Below are positions 18,702-28,300 of a stretch of DNA of 32,000 nt, in pieces. This stretch comes from Candidatus Hermodarchaeota archaeon (GTDB lineage Archaea > Asgardarchaeota > Heimdallarchaeia > Hodarchaeales > Hodarchaeaceae). The stretch spans positions 120,001 through 152,000 of the forward strand of contig JBHLKY010000004.1 in the NCBI GenBank assembly GCA_048886185.1, in the 5' to 3' direction. Made by a program: the position numbers and the translations under genes. The notes under the pieces are model-generated. The model was not told the origin of the DNA. It did no database searches and saw only the letters and a program-made list of their open reading frames with translations. Numbering within the stretch: position 1 is the stretch's first letter; every line of letters begins with the position of its first letter.

Positions 18702-21700
18702 AAACTAAAGCACGTCTCCTTCGAATTATCCAGTACGCAATGAAAGCCGCACTTGCTAATGCAACAATTGCAGCAAATCCTATGGCAATGATTAGCCCCC
18801 AATCAATCTCCACTTTAACGACTCTGAAAAAGATACTGTTCTTTAGTAATACGGACCCGATATTTCTATCAGGGGATGTTGGATAGCTATAATCCAGCGC
18901 CATGCCGAATACTTGTAATTCATACTCTCCTTCTTTAAAGTTAATTGCACTATGAGTCCATCGAGAATAACCTTGATATTTTAGGCTATAATTCTCACTC
19001 CAACCATCTGTAGGAGTCTGGGGACTTGCAGGAATTGTAGTTGGAATAGATAAGGGGGAGGAAGTTTGAGTTGTAGCTGAGACAGTAGTTGTCAGATTTG
19101 TGATTTCACTTCCAGAAGTCTTTCGAAAACGGAAATATACATTATTTCGATCTAATCTTGTTAAATTCAACATCTCAAAGGAAATTGAGCCTACCGAATA
19201 TGATCCATTGTGTATAGGTGATTTCATTTGCAAGGGGGAAGTCAAACGAAGAACGGCTGCTAAGAATTCTTCTTCAGATGTGTATACAAGTGGATCAGTT
19301 CTTATCCATAATTCTAATGGATCACTGTACCCATCGAGATCGGTATCAGCGGTATAAGGTAGGGTTCCATAAACAAGAATCTCATCACCGTCTAAAAGAC
19401 CATCAAAATCAGAATCGGGATTCCGATAATCAAGAAATCCTCCATGCTCATATCCATCAGAAATATTATTGTTATTTCGGTCAATATCTAGTCTATACTT
19501 ATTATAGGTGTTATATTCATCTCCATCAGAAATAAGGTCATGATCATAATCACGCTCGTAACCATCTAAAATTCCATTATTATTAACGTCAGGATTATAT
19601 GGATTATATCGATAATCACCATCATCAGCAAAGACTTCTAATCCATCCGGCCAACCATCACCATCACTGTCAGGATCAAGTGCATTGGTAAAGTAGGAAG
19701 GATCATATTCACTACCCTCGGCACCAATTCCACCAGGTGTGACATGAGTAACTTCCTGATTATCTTTTATTCCATCACCATCAGTGTCACTTTTTCTTGG
19801 ATCAGTATGATGTGCGTAAATTTCGTCCCAATCAGAAAGTGTATCATTATCTGAATCCACAAGATCAGGTCTCAAATTATTATCTACTTCATATTTATCT
19901 CCTAACTTATCACCGTCACTATCTGGATCAACAGGAGATGTAAGTAAGGGAAATACTGCTTGGTACGCAATGAATGGGAATATTAAGATTTCAATTTCGC
20001 CAATCACGAGTTCTTTACCATCAATTAATCCATCATCATCTGTATCGTTATCAAGTACATCTAATGGAATATTCACAAAATTCGGTATATCACCTGTGGC
20101 TAAATACAATTCCCATGTGTCAAAAAGTGAATCATTGTCACTATCTATTGATTTTGGATTTGTACCAAATTGTATCTCATCAAAATCTGTCCAAAGAAAT
20201 GTTGGATCACCATTTTCATCAGGACTCATGATAGAATCATAGTCTGAATCGATGTTATTTGGATCAGTTTCATATATAAAGATCTCTGGGCCGTCACGGA
20301 GGCCATCTCCATCACTATCGGGATTCATTGGATCAGTACCAAATTCAATTAGTTCATCCCGATCAGTAATATCATCATTATCCGAATCTTCATCAACAGG
20401 GTCAGTACCATAAATATAAATCTCTGCATAGTCTTTTATTCCATCTCCATCACTATCTCCACTATGTGGATTTGAGTGACTAAAGAATAACTCCCAATAG
20501 TCCGTTACACCGTCAAAATCAGTATCAGGCATATGTGGATTTGTGTTGAATATGAAGAATTCGTCACCATCTAGAATGAGATCATTATCTGAGTCAGGGT
20601 CGCTTGGATTCAAGCCCAATGCTATTTCAATCCCATCAGGGAGGGAATCGCCATCTGTATCGGGATTGTAGAAATTTGTTGTCACATTTCTTTCTGCTAG
20701 TAATGTACCCTCAAGTCCATCGATCAATCCATCATCATCTGAGTCAGCATCTAGAGGATCACTCGCAGGGTCGAGGCTTAATTCATATCCATCTGAATTT
20801 AAGAAACCACCTGCTCTTGGTTCTCTTCCCTGACCTGTGTCTCCATCACTATCAGGATTACATGGATTTGTTTGGAAGATCTTTGATACTGGTTCATTGT
20901 CTTCAATGATTGTTGCAGCGATGCCTCTGACTTCAACACCATCTCTCATGTCACGAGTATATACCTTGGATTCTGAAGTGCCTGCGATAGACCCATCATA
21001 ATATTGATAGAAAGAGTCATCATCAGTATCGTTGTCTAATGGGTGTGTATAGCCATCATTAAAGAGTAGCATCGGTTTATCTGATTCCTCTGGGTAATTA
21101 TTGGGATTACCCCACCAAGGGCCAAATTCTCCTTCTTGGCCATCAAGAAGTCCATCATTATCAGTATCAGGATTCAATGGATCAGTACGATTATCGTAGA
21201 TTTGATTTCCAATCTTTACTGCTGTAACTGAAGGAGTAATAGGCCAAGTGTTGTTTTGTTGAGAAGTATTGACTTGGGAAGGAATAACCCAGTCAGTATT
21301 AACCTCGAAGTAATCAGTTAAACCATCTGAATCTGTATCTCGTGAATTTGGATTGGTTCCATAAAGTAATACTTCCTCACCATCTAACAATCCGTCCATA
21401 TCGGTGTCAGGTAAGTTTGGATCGGCCTTGGGAGGTGAGTGAACACCATACCACTCAATGAAATCACTTAGGCCATCGCCATCTGTGTCGTATTTTCCTG
21501 GATCAGTTTTACTCACTTTTAATTCATATTTGTCACTGAGTCCATCACCATCAGTGTCAGCCTTATAGGGATCTAAGGATGTGCTTTCGTTTTCTTGGGC
21601 ATCGCTTAATCCATCATTATCAGAGTCATATCCTAGCGCATCTTCTTTGAGTTCTGGACTGTCAGGTGGGGGTAAGAGAAGTAGAGGGAAACCTGGTGGT

Positions 21701-24700
21701 CGGTATTGAAATCCAATTTCAAAGTCCCAGAAAAGGAACGTAAGTGTGAGTGTAGCCCATAAAATTATATCAAGTGTTATTGTAAAGGGCCCAATGTTAC
21801 CGGGAGTTAAATCTTGGTGAAATATCAAATAAATATCTAATCCAATCTTGAAAACGATACCAACAATTCTTAGATCTAAACCAATTGTGATATATGCACC
21901 TATACCTAAAGTTAAGGTTAGTGATCCTTGTGCTGGTTCTCCATTATGTGCGGCTTTCTGGTAGATCTCGAATGCAGCAGACAACCATATTGTTAGGGTA
22001 AGAACATCTAGACCAATATATGCCATTGCTTTGTTAACTGTACCAGCAACCGATGCTCCTGCCCCTGTGGCATATAAGATGAGCTCTATGAGGGTAATAT
22101 CCTTTGAAACCTTAAATCCTATACTAAAATGCCATTCAAGTATTTTCATAAATCCCTCGGGATCAAATCCACCAGATGAAAAGGCAAATAACTGGATTGA
22201 AAACCCAATCGATCCCCATACTTCGAGATCTATACCTAGAGGAGCAAGAACTGCTCCGAATACCCCTCCACCGCCTGAAGATACCGTTGAAGCAGTTAAG
22301 GAAGCAGAAAAGACTGGTGCAAAGGTTATAAATGTTATGATCTTCTTGAAGAATTCTGGAATATCGAGTTTGAAGTCATCAATTCCTGTAAATATGATTT
22401 CCTCTATCCATGTTCTGAAAGCTTCATTATCCCATTGGAAGTTAAGACCAATAGATAGGTTGAACGAAAGTTTGATTCCAATAACATCTCCTCCTGGGAG
22501 AGGGATATCTCCTCCAAGAGATAGTAGTGGTTTGGCTGAAATCTTTGCTGCAATTTTGCCTGTAAATTCACTTATTAAATCTGCTAAGAATGAGGCGAGT
22601 AAAGTTTTAAATTCTTTAAAAATAAAATCAATACCACCACTGAGGAGATCTTTTATCATGAAAAGGTAATATATCCCCTTTTCTGCTAGAGAAAGAAGTG
22701 CATTTGAGATAATCGGAAATTTATCCTTTAATGTAGATGTAACTAAATCTTGAAGTTGCTGACATGTTTGAGTTGCATTGAATATTGCATCACCACCTAG
22801 AATGTTCTTGCCAATTATTCCAGTGAAAAGACTCTGAATTATTTGCATCGTGGCTGTACCGTCTATCCCTAGATAGTTAAAGAGTAATACTCCTGCTTGC
22901 ATTGCTGCTGATCGTAAAAATGACGTGATTGAGTTTCCTTTAGCTGAAAGGAGTACGGTTGTTATAGTTAATATTCCATCTGCAAATACCTGAACTCCTT
23001 TACTCAGAGTTTTCTTTATAGTGTCCGTTGTGTTTAATCCATCAACCCATATAGAGAATAGGCCATATACGGCATTTCTCCCGATTTTAATTATCTCCCA
23101 TTGTATTTCTTTAAGTTCTAGAGTTTTGTTTTCTCCCATGGTTTCTATGTCTTTTTCTGCTAATTTACTTGCATCGTCGACTAAAAGTAATTGAGCTGCG
23201 GTATTAGATTTCCCTAATGCAATTATCCCAAAAATAGTCTCAAGGACTAAGAAAAATACTTTCTCTTTTGTGTCTGACACAGTGGTATTAACTGCAGTAA
23301 TGTTTAGAAATTGTTTACTTACATCTTTTATATCAGAAGCAAATGGTTCTGACATACTTGGTATGCAAATTGCTCCTAACCATGCTAGGGCATCTATAAG
23401 TGTTTGAGCTTCTGGGGAGTCAGTGGGAAGAGAATTTTCAGTCATATTACTAGTAATTAGCTGTTTTAGCTGGTTTCTATCTGTTAATTGGTCTCTAGAA
23501 GCATCAGCAATAATAGAAACGATATCTTCTGAAAATAGGGTGACACGTCTATCGTTTGCTGTTAGAGTTACTCCTAACATCGGGATAGAAGAGTTTATTA
23601 CATTGAAAAATGATTTTTGATTCGCCTTCAGAGCATCAATTTCACTAGCGGTTGTCCAATATTCCAGCGCTTTTCCAGGAAGAGTGAATGCATCAAAGAA
23701 CGCCATTGCTGAACGATAGAATTGACTAATTGTTCCTATAGCACTTTCTTCTCTTGAAGTCAATGTTTGATTTGTCATTTTTGAGAATAAATATTCAACA
23801 AAATCTGGAATAATCTCCATTAAATCATCAAAATCACCAGTTGTGAAAGCTTTAATTAAGGGAGAGAGAAATCCCATAATTTTGCCTATCTCTTTTAATA
23901 GCGTGCTATTGGTTCCCCCAAGGACATCAGACCACCAAGCATACGTGCTAGCATTGAGGATCTTATCTATGGCAAAACCTACAATCGTATTTAGGGCATT
24001 AAACTTCTTTCCTTCTTCTTCAGCTTTTTCTTTTTCACTAATCATCAATTCTGCAAGTTCAACACCATTTAGCAGTGTTCCTTTCAAAACTTTGATCATG
24101 GTTGTTATGATCGTTGAATTTGATATATCCCCGATTACCGTGAAAATAGTCTCAATGACTGATCCAGCAAAATCAGTTATATCAGTGGCTGATCCGCGAA
24201 TCAAGTAAAGTGCATCCACAACAAGTGGTAGAAATGGTTTAATTTTCTCTGAAATTGGTGCATTATCAGTAATGAGCTTGATCAGTTTTTTAATAGTCCC
24301 CTTAACATCTCCTTCTCCCTCATCAGAAGAAGTAAATATCAAAGCAATATCTTTAATGGTGTTACAGATATCAATTGCTGTTTCTGGATCTAATCCAAGT
24401 GCACTTCCACCGAACTTAATCAATACCGATAGAATAGCATCAATAACAGCAGCTGTTGGCCCCTCTATCCCTGAAAACAGAGGGATATCAGATATTTTGA
24501 ATGCTGCTTCTTCTTCAGTTGCGGTCTCTTCATTGAAAATTCGAACTCTGGTTTCAGGAACAGGAATGGTATCATTGTCAAAACGTCTGATTGATTGATC
24601 AGGCATGACTTGATATGCATCATACCAACTTTCCATCTTATCATCCCAGGCCTGAGCTTTTGCTACAAGATCTTCTTCACCAAGGGGATTCACTATTTTT

Positions 24701-25386
24701 CGAGGATCCATAATTCCATTTAGAATACTATTAATATTCTCCGCGAAGTACTTTACTCCTAAGATTCTGAAATCTTCAGCAACTCTTTGATATCCTAAAC
24801 CAGGATCTGCTCCTAGTATTTCACCGATTTCCCAAAGATAATAGAAGTAAGATTGTTCTGCACCTATAACTTGACTTCCTTCAATATGGATTTTTGTTTC
24901 ATTAACAGGTACAAGTGCGCGTAACTGATCCGTTGAACCAGAACCAAAAACATGGAATGTTTGCGGTTCTATGACTGCTTCAGCGATTTCAGACCACTTT
25001 ATTAGTTTCCCACCCATCCAGACACCATCAAGCTTTCCATTAATGAAATATAGCTTTATCCAATAGGTATTGTCGAGTATTGTTGATCGTAGTTCCTTCC
25101 AATTTAATACAGGAATAAGATGGACATTATGATAGATAATACCTGCTGATGTAAACACATTTAGTGCTGTGTTAATTAACAAGCTGTGGTTGTTGTCATA
25201 AATGACTGCAATTTTTCTCGGTAAATCAAAGCCAGGGTATTTTTCATCAAAAGGTGGGATTTCTTTTATCCGATTGATTTCAGCTCTTTGGGCAGCAACA
25301 CTTCCCACACTTAAGAGAATAATAAGTATGATAAAAGTTGAGTAAACAACGTTCCTATAACGAATGATCTTCTTTGCATCAATCAT
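18700..25386 (-). CDS. Giant (2228 aa) membrane-anchored surface protein: signal peptide, alpha/beta domain, amphipathic helical region, amphipathic beta-strand region, TSP3-like Ca-binding repeat array, Ig-like domain, C-terminal TM
   Basis: On the minus strand although the track says +. The start is reassigned from TTG 25476 to ATG 25386 (MIDAKKIIRY...): it forms an ATGA overlap with the upstream stop, has AGGAGG 8 nt upstream and exposes a normal signal peptide. Ends with TM WGLIIAIGFAAIVALASAAFIAYWII and RRRR. Confidence 0.9.
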   Translation of the reverse strand: MIDAKKIIRYRNVVYSTFIILIILLSVGSVAAQRAEINRIKEIPPFDEKYPGFDLPRKIAVIYDNNHSLLINTALNVFTSAGIIYHNVHLIPVLNWKELRSTILDNTYWIKLYFINGKLDGVWMGGKLIKWSEIAEAVIEPQTFHVFGSGSTDQLRALVPVNETKIHIEGSQVIGAEQSYFYYLWEIGEILGADPGLGYQRVAEDFRILGVKYFAENINSILNGIMDPRKIVNPLGEEDLVAKAQAWDDKMESWYDAYQVMPDQSIRRFDNDTIPVPETRVRIFNEETATEEEAAFKISDIPLFSGIEGPTAAVIDAILSVLIKFGGSALGLDPETAIDICNTIKDIALIFTSSDEGEGDVKGTIKKLIKLITDNAPISEKIKPFLPLVVDALYLIRGSATDITDFAGSVIETIFTVIGDISNSTIITTMIKVLKGTLLNGVELAELMISEKEKAEEEGKKFNALNTIVGFAIDKILNASTYAWWSDVLGGTNSTLLKEIGKIMGFLSPLIKAFTTGDFDDLMEIIPDFVEYLFSKMTNQTLTSREESAIGTISQFYRSAMAFFDAFTLPGKALEYWTTASEIDALKANQKSFFNVINSSIPMLGVTLTANDRRVTLFSEDIVSIIADASRDQLTDRNQLKQLITSNMTENSLPTDSPEAQTLIDALAWLGAICIPSMSEPFASDIKDVSKQFLNITAVNTTVSDTKEKVFFLVLETIFGIIALGKSNTAAQLLLVDDASKLAEKDIETMGENKTLELKEIQWEIIKIGRNAVYGLFSIWVDGLNTTDTIKKTLSKGVQVFADGILTITTVLLSAKGNSITSFLRSAAMQAGVLLFNYLGIDGTATMQIIQSLFTGIIGKNILGGDAIFNATQTCQQLQDLVTSTLKDKFPIISNALLSLAEKGIYYLFMIKDLLSGGIDFIFKEFKTLLASFLADLISEFTGKIAAKISAKPLLSLGGDIPLPGGDVIGIKLSFNLSIGLNFQWDNEAFRTWIEEIIFTGIDDFKLDIPEFFKKIITFITFAPVFSASLTASTVSSGGGGVFGAVLAPLGIDLEVWGSIGFSIQLFAFSSGGFDPEGFMKILEWHFSIGFKVSKDITLIELILYATGAGASVAGTVNKAMAYIGLDVLTLTIWLSAAFEIYQKAAHNGEPAQGSLTLTLGIGAYITIGLDLRIVGIVFKIGLDIYLIFHQDLTPGNIGPFTITLDIILWATLTLTFLFWDFEIGFQYRPPGFPLLLLPPPDSPELKEDALGYDSDNDGLSDAQENESTSLDPYKADTDGDGLSDKYELKVSKTDPGKYDTDGDGLSDFIEWYGVHSPPKADPNLPDTDMDGLLDGEEVLLYGTNPNSRDTDSDGLTDYFEVNTDWVIPSQVNTSQQNNTWPITPSVTAVKIGNQIYDNRTDPLNPDTDNDGLLDGQEGEFGPWWGNPNNYPEESDKPMLLFNDGYTHPLDNDTDDDSFYQYYDGSIAGTSESKVYTRDMRDGVEVRGIAATIIEDNEPVSKIFQTNPCNPDSDGDTGQGREPRAGGFLNSDGYELSLDPASDPLDADSDDDGLIDGLEGTLLAERNVTTNFYNPDTDGDSLPDGIEIALGLNPSDPDSDNDLILDGDEFFIFNTNPHMPDTDFDGVTDYWELFFSHSNPHSGDSDGDGIKDYAEIYIYGTDPVDEDSDNDDITDRDELIEFGTDPMNPDSDGDGLRDGPEIFIYETDPNNIDSDYDSIMSPDENGDPTFLWTDFDEIQFGTNPKSIDSDNDSLFDTWELYLATGDIPNFVNIPLDVLDNDTDDDGLIDGKELVIGEIEILIFPFIAYQAVFPLLTSPVDPDSDGDKLGDKYEVDNNLRPDLVDSDNDTLSDWDEIYAHHTDPRKSDTDGDGIKDNQEVTHVTPGGIGAEGSEYDPSYFTNALDPDSDGDGWPDGLEVFADDGDYRYNPYNPDVNNNGILDGYERDYDHDLISDGDEYNTYNKYRLDIDRNNNNISDGYEHGGFLDYRNPDSDFDGLLDGDEILVYGTLPYTADTDLDGYSDPLELWIRTDPLVYTSEEEFLAAVLRLTSPLQMKSPIHNGSYSVGSISFEMLNLTRLDRNNVYFRFRKTSGSEITNLTTTVSATTQTSSPLSIPTTIPASPQTPTDGWSENYSLKYQGYSRWTHSAINFKEGEYELQVFGMALDYSYPTSPDRNIGSVLLKNSIFFRVVKVEIDWGLIIAIGFAAIVALASAAFIAYWIIRRRRALV
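19320..21630 (-). repeat. Array of ~27 D(S/T)DxDG(L)xDxxE TSP3-like calcium-binding protein repeats
   Basis: Counted by eye from DSDNDGLSDAQE to DTDLDGYSDPLE; most are preceded by a T(D/N)P...P linker, and several carry long insertions. Confidence 0.9.
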
Positions 25387-28300
25387 GTCTGAAACCTCCT
25401 TTTCTTCCTGACTCTTTGTCTTTGCTGCCTTACGACAGTAAGAGTTGAAGTAAATGTGAATAGAAAGATTGGCCACATTAATTCGGGATGAATTTGGCCT
25501 CTATCACTTCCCAAGGGACTTTTCGGGGCTACCAAAGCCTGCTCGGGAGTAAATCCCTCGAGATAGGAAGTTGCGGATTCTCCCTTTTGTGACTTAATGA
25601 TCCTATTAGAGGGATCTGCAACCGCTAATGTGTTATCCTTTAAAATTGTCACAAATGCTACTTTCATAGTTGTGTCAACCTTCCAATCCATAACTGTAAT
25701 TATTTCTTCAGGGAGTGAATATGACTCTAAGACAGTTCCACTGGATGTTAAGACAACAAGTGAGTTATGAATAACTAGTACAACTTCGCTCTCAGGAGTT
25801 TTATCGATATTAGTAAAATGATGGCTTATAGAGTCATTATAATAGTTATGGAACTCCGTTAGGACAATCATTGCACCACCATCGTCCCTAAGTACAAATG
25901 AACCATTATTGCGTGTAATTATCAATATATCATCAACAGAACCTTGATCAGCTACATCTAGAGAAATAACTTCCTCTTGATTGACAATATTATACGAAAG
26001 CGTTCGAATTTCTCCACTAGCGAGCCAACTATATCTTTGCAATTGCCCTTCGTCTGAAAGCAGAACTATAGTGGCTAAATGGTCACTATTTCTTATTGAT
26101 CTAACTTCAATCCATTTTGTCCCTAAGGAAGGCGCAGGGAATAATCCCCCTAATACACTAGTTGACGGTAATTCTATTAAGCTGGTTTTTCCAAGATAAT
26201 CCAAAGCAACAATATGTGTATCAATTCCAATATTGGAAACATCAAAACATTCTGCTTCTAAATAAGTGAAATAGGAAGGATTAGCATAAGTCCAGATGGA
26301 TGTTTTCGTAATTGGATCCAAAATTGATAATATTCCACTTTTACCTGAAATCGTTTGAATTAATAAAACATCAGATCTACCATTTAAGGATAAAGAAGCC
26401 TCGATCGAACCACTAGTAGCAATTTGGGCCCATACACTAGTTGTTGTTCTTTCAAAAATATAGAGATCGCTTGTGTCAGTTTTAATTGCGAGGCCATATT
26501 TTCCTGGTTCGATTTCTAGACCAAGCGCACTGATACTTGAAAACGCTGAAATTTGAATTCTCCATAATTCTCCACGATTGAAACTTGTCAGAATAAGTGT
26601 CCCATTATTAAAAGCAATCAGAAGTTTTTCAGTTCCATCATTTGTCAATACAACAGGAATCACACGATATTCAGTTGAGGCGAGATTAGAATAAAGTATC
26701 TTCATATTGGTATCTACAATGGATGCCTGAACCGTAATAGTATTAGTTACTTTTGTCAACATTCCAGTAACTCTATAGATCAGACTGGTTCCATTAATAC
26801 TTGGGACTCCAATGAATGTTTGCCCATCATTTCTGTTATTAATGCTTGCTGTTGCAGATTGATAGTCGGTCTCTGTCCAAAGAACATCTGCTCCAGTTAA
26901 AGATAAAGCAAATAACCCTAAATCCTGAATAAACGCAAATAAAATTTCTTCTTTTCCATAAGGTTCGATCTCAAATTTAACCATCTTATCTCTGAAGTAT
27001 CTATGCCAGATTATTGTGCTAGTAGCCACATCAATGGCAAATATTGCACTTTTATATTCATAGGAAGGGAAGATGCCAGTAGAAAAGTTAAAAGTATGAA
27101 TTGGTAATAAAATGTCTGTAATAGTATCTTTATTCACATCTCGTGCATAAATTGGAAACTTTGTGAGATCCAATCCTTCAGGGACAGGTATTGTTTTGTT
27201 CAGTATTAAATTCATGAGTGATAGGTCATAAACTTCTATATAACTCTTATTTGCTGTACCGCTGTCAAAATTAACAATAGCTAGATCTAGGGTGTAGTCA
27301 CCATCAAAATCTCCGATAACTGATCGTGACCTTGTATCAAATATTGATAAGTGGGTTAAGTTGAATGCTTGCAGGGTTGTCCCATTATTATCGAGAATCA
27401 TTACTTGCTTGTACGTAGAAAAATCACTAGAGCATACAGATATTATTGTTGTACTTCCAAGTACTCCTGCAGCAACATCAAAGTAACCCATGTTTTGGAT
27501 ATTATTATCTGGGTTCTTATCCCAGATAACTTCTCCAGATACGAGATCAATGGCACGCAAACCTGTAGCTGTTGCAACAATGATGTCTGCTTCCGTATCA
27601 CCATTAACATCAGCGAAAGCATGATTATTAGCAATGTCTAATGAGTTTGCGTCGATCCAAAATCGTTCAGTGCCATCTAAATCGACTCCAAATAATCCTG
27701 CAGAAGTGACTCCTAGGATAAATGGTGTTTCAGATGAAGAGTTCAACAGATAGATCTTTCCACCTATCCCTGGTGCTGGATAATTCCATAATAAAGTCTC
27801 ACTAGTTATATCCCAAGCTGTAACTCCATTTCCATATTCTTCATCAGCAATAATGAGGTCTAATTCCCCATCATTGTTAACGTCAATCAGAAGACTGTCG
27901 GAAGTGGATTCTATAGCTGAAACAGTACTTATGGCATAGATTTCCGTGAGAGCATAGAGATCATTTATTGGCTGTTCTAAATTGGTGACCTCAAAGCTAT
28001 AGACATCACCCCCTCGAACCGAGAAAATCAGTTCAGGCCAACCATTTCCGTTTCCATCGAAAATTGCTACTGTTCCGATTTTGCGAGGTTTAGCTTCATC
28101 TGAAATAAAAAATTCTGCATAAGTACTGTTTAGGAGTTCTGGATGCAGAGAGACAAATAAGGGTGGCTGATATTGCCATTTCTGGGAGTAAAAATTATCT
28201 TCACAGACTTCAAGTAAGGAGACACGGTAACCATGAGCAATAAGTAATTCACTTCGCAGATCATTATCTGTGTCCCCCACAGCAATTGCTGTCACATCTA

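Noticed and set aside
19320-21630. CRISPR array or DNA tandem repeat (recurring ccatcatc/atcagtgtc words)
   Set aside because: The recurrence reflects DxDxDG codons with variable synonymous positions and variable spacing inside an open frame. There are no identical repeats with unique spacers.
13409-25476. ORF-track '+' labels for the 913-, 846- and 2258-aa ORFs (and '-' for 14461..14682)
   Set aside because: Direct reading shows the three long proteins are encoded on the reverse complement (CAT at 16148-16150 and 18685-18687; stops read TTA/TCA/CTA on plus). 14461..14682 reads on plus and is a shadow ORF.
25387-25476. 30-aa N-terminal extension (MANLSIHIY...) of the 2258-aa ORF
   Set aside because: It overlaps the upstream gene's TM-coding end. 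ATG 25386 has AGGAGG, an ATGA overlap and gives a proper signal peptide.
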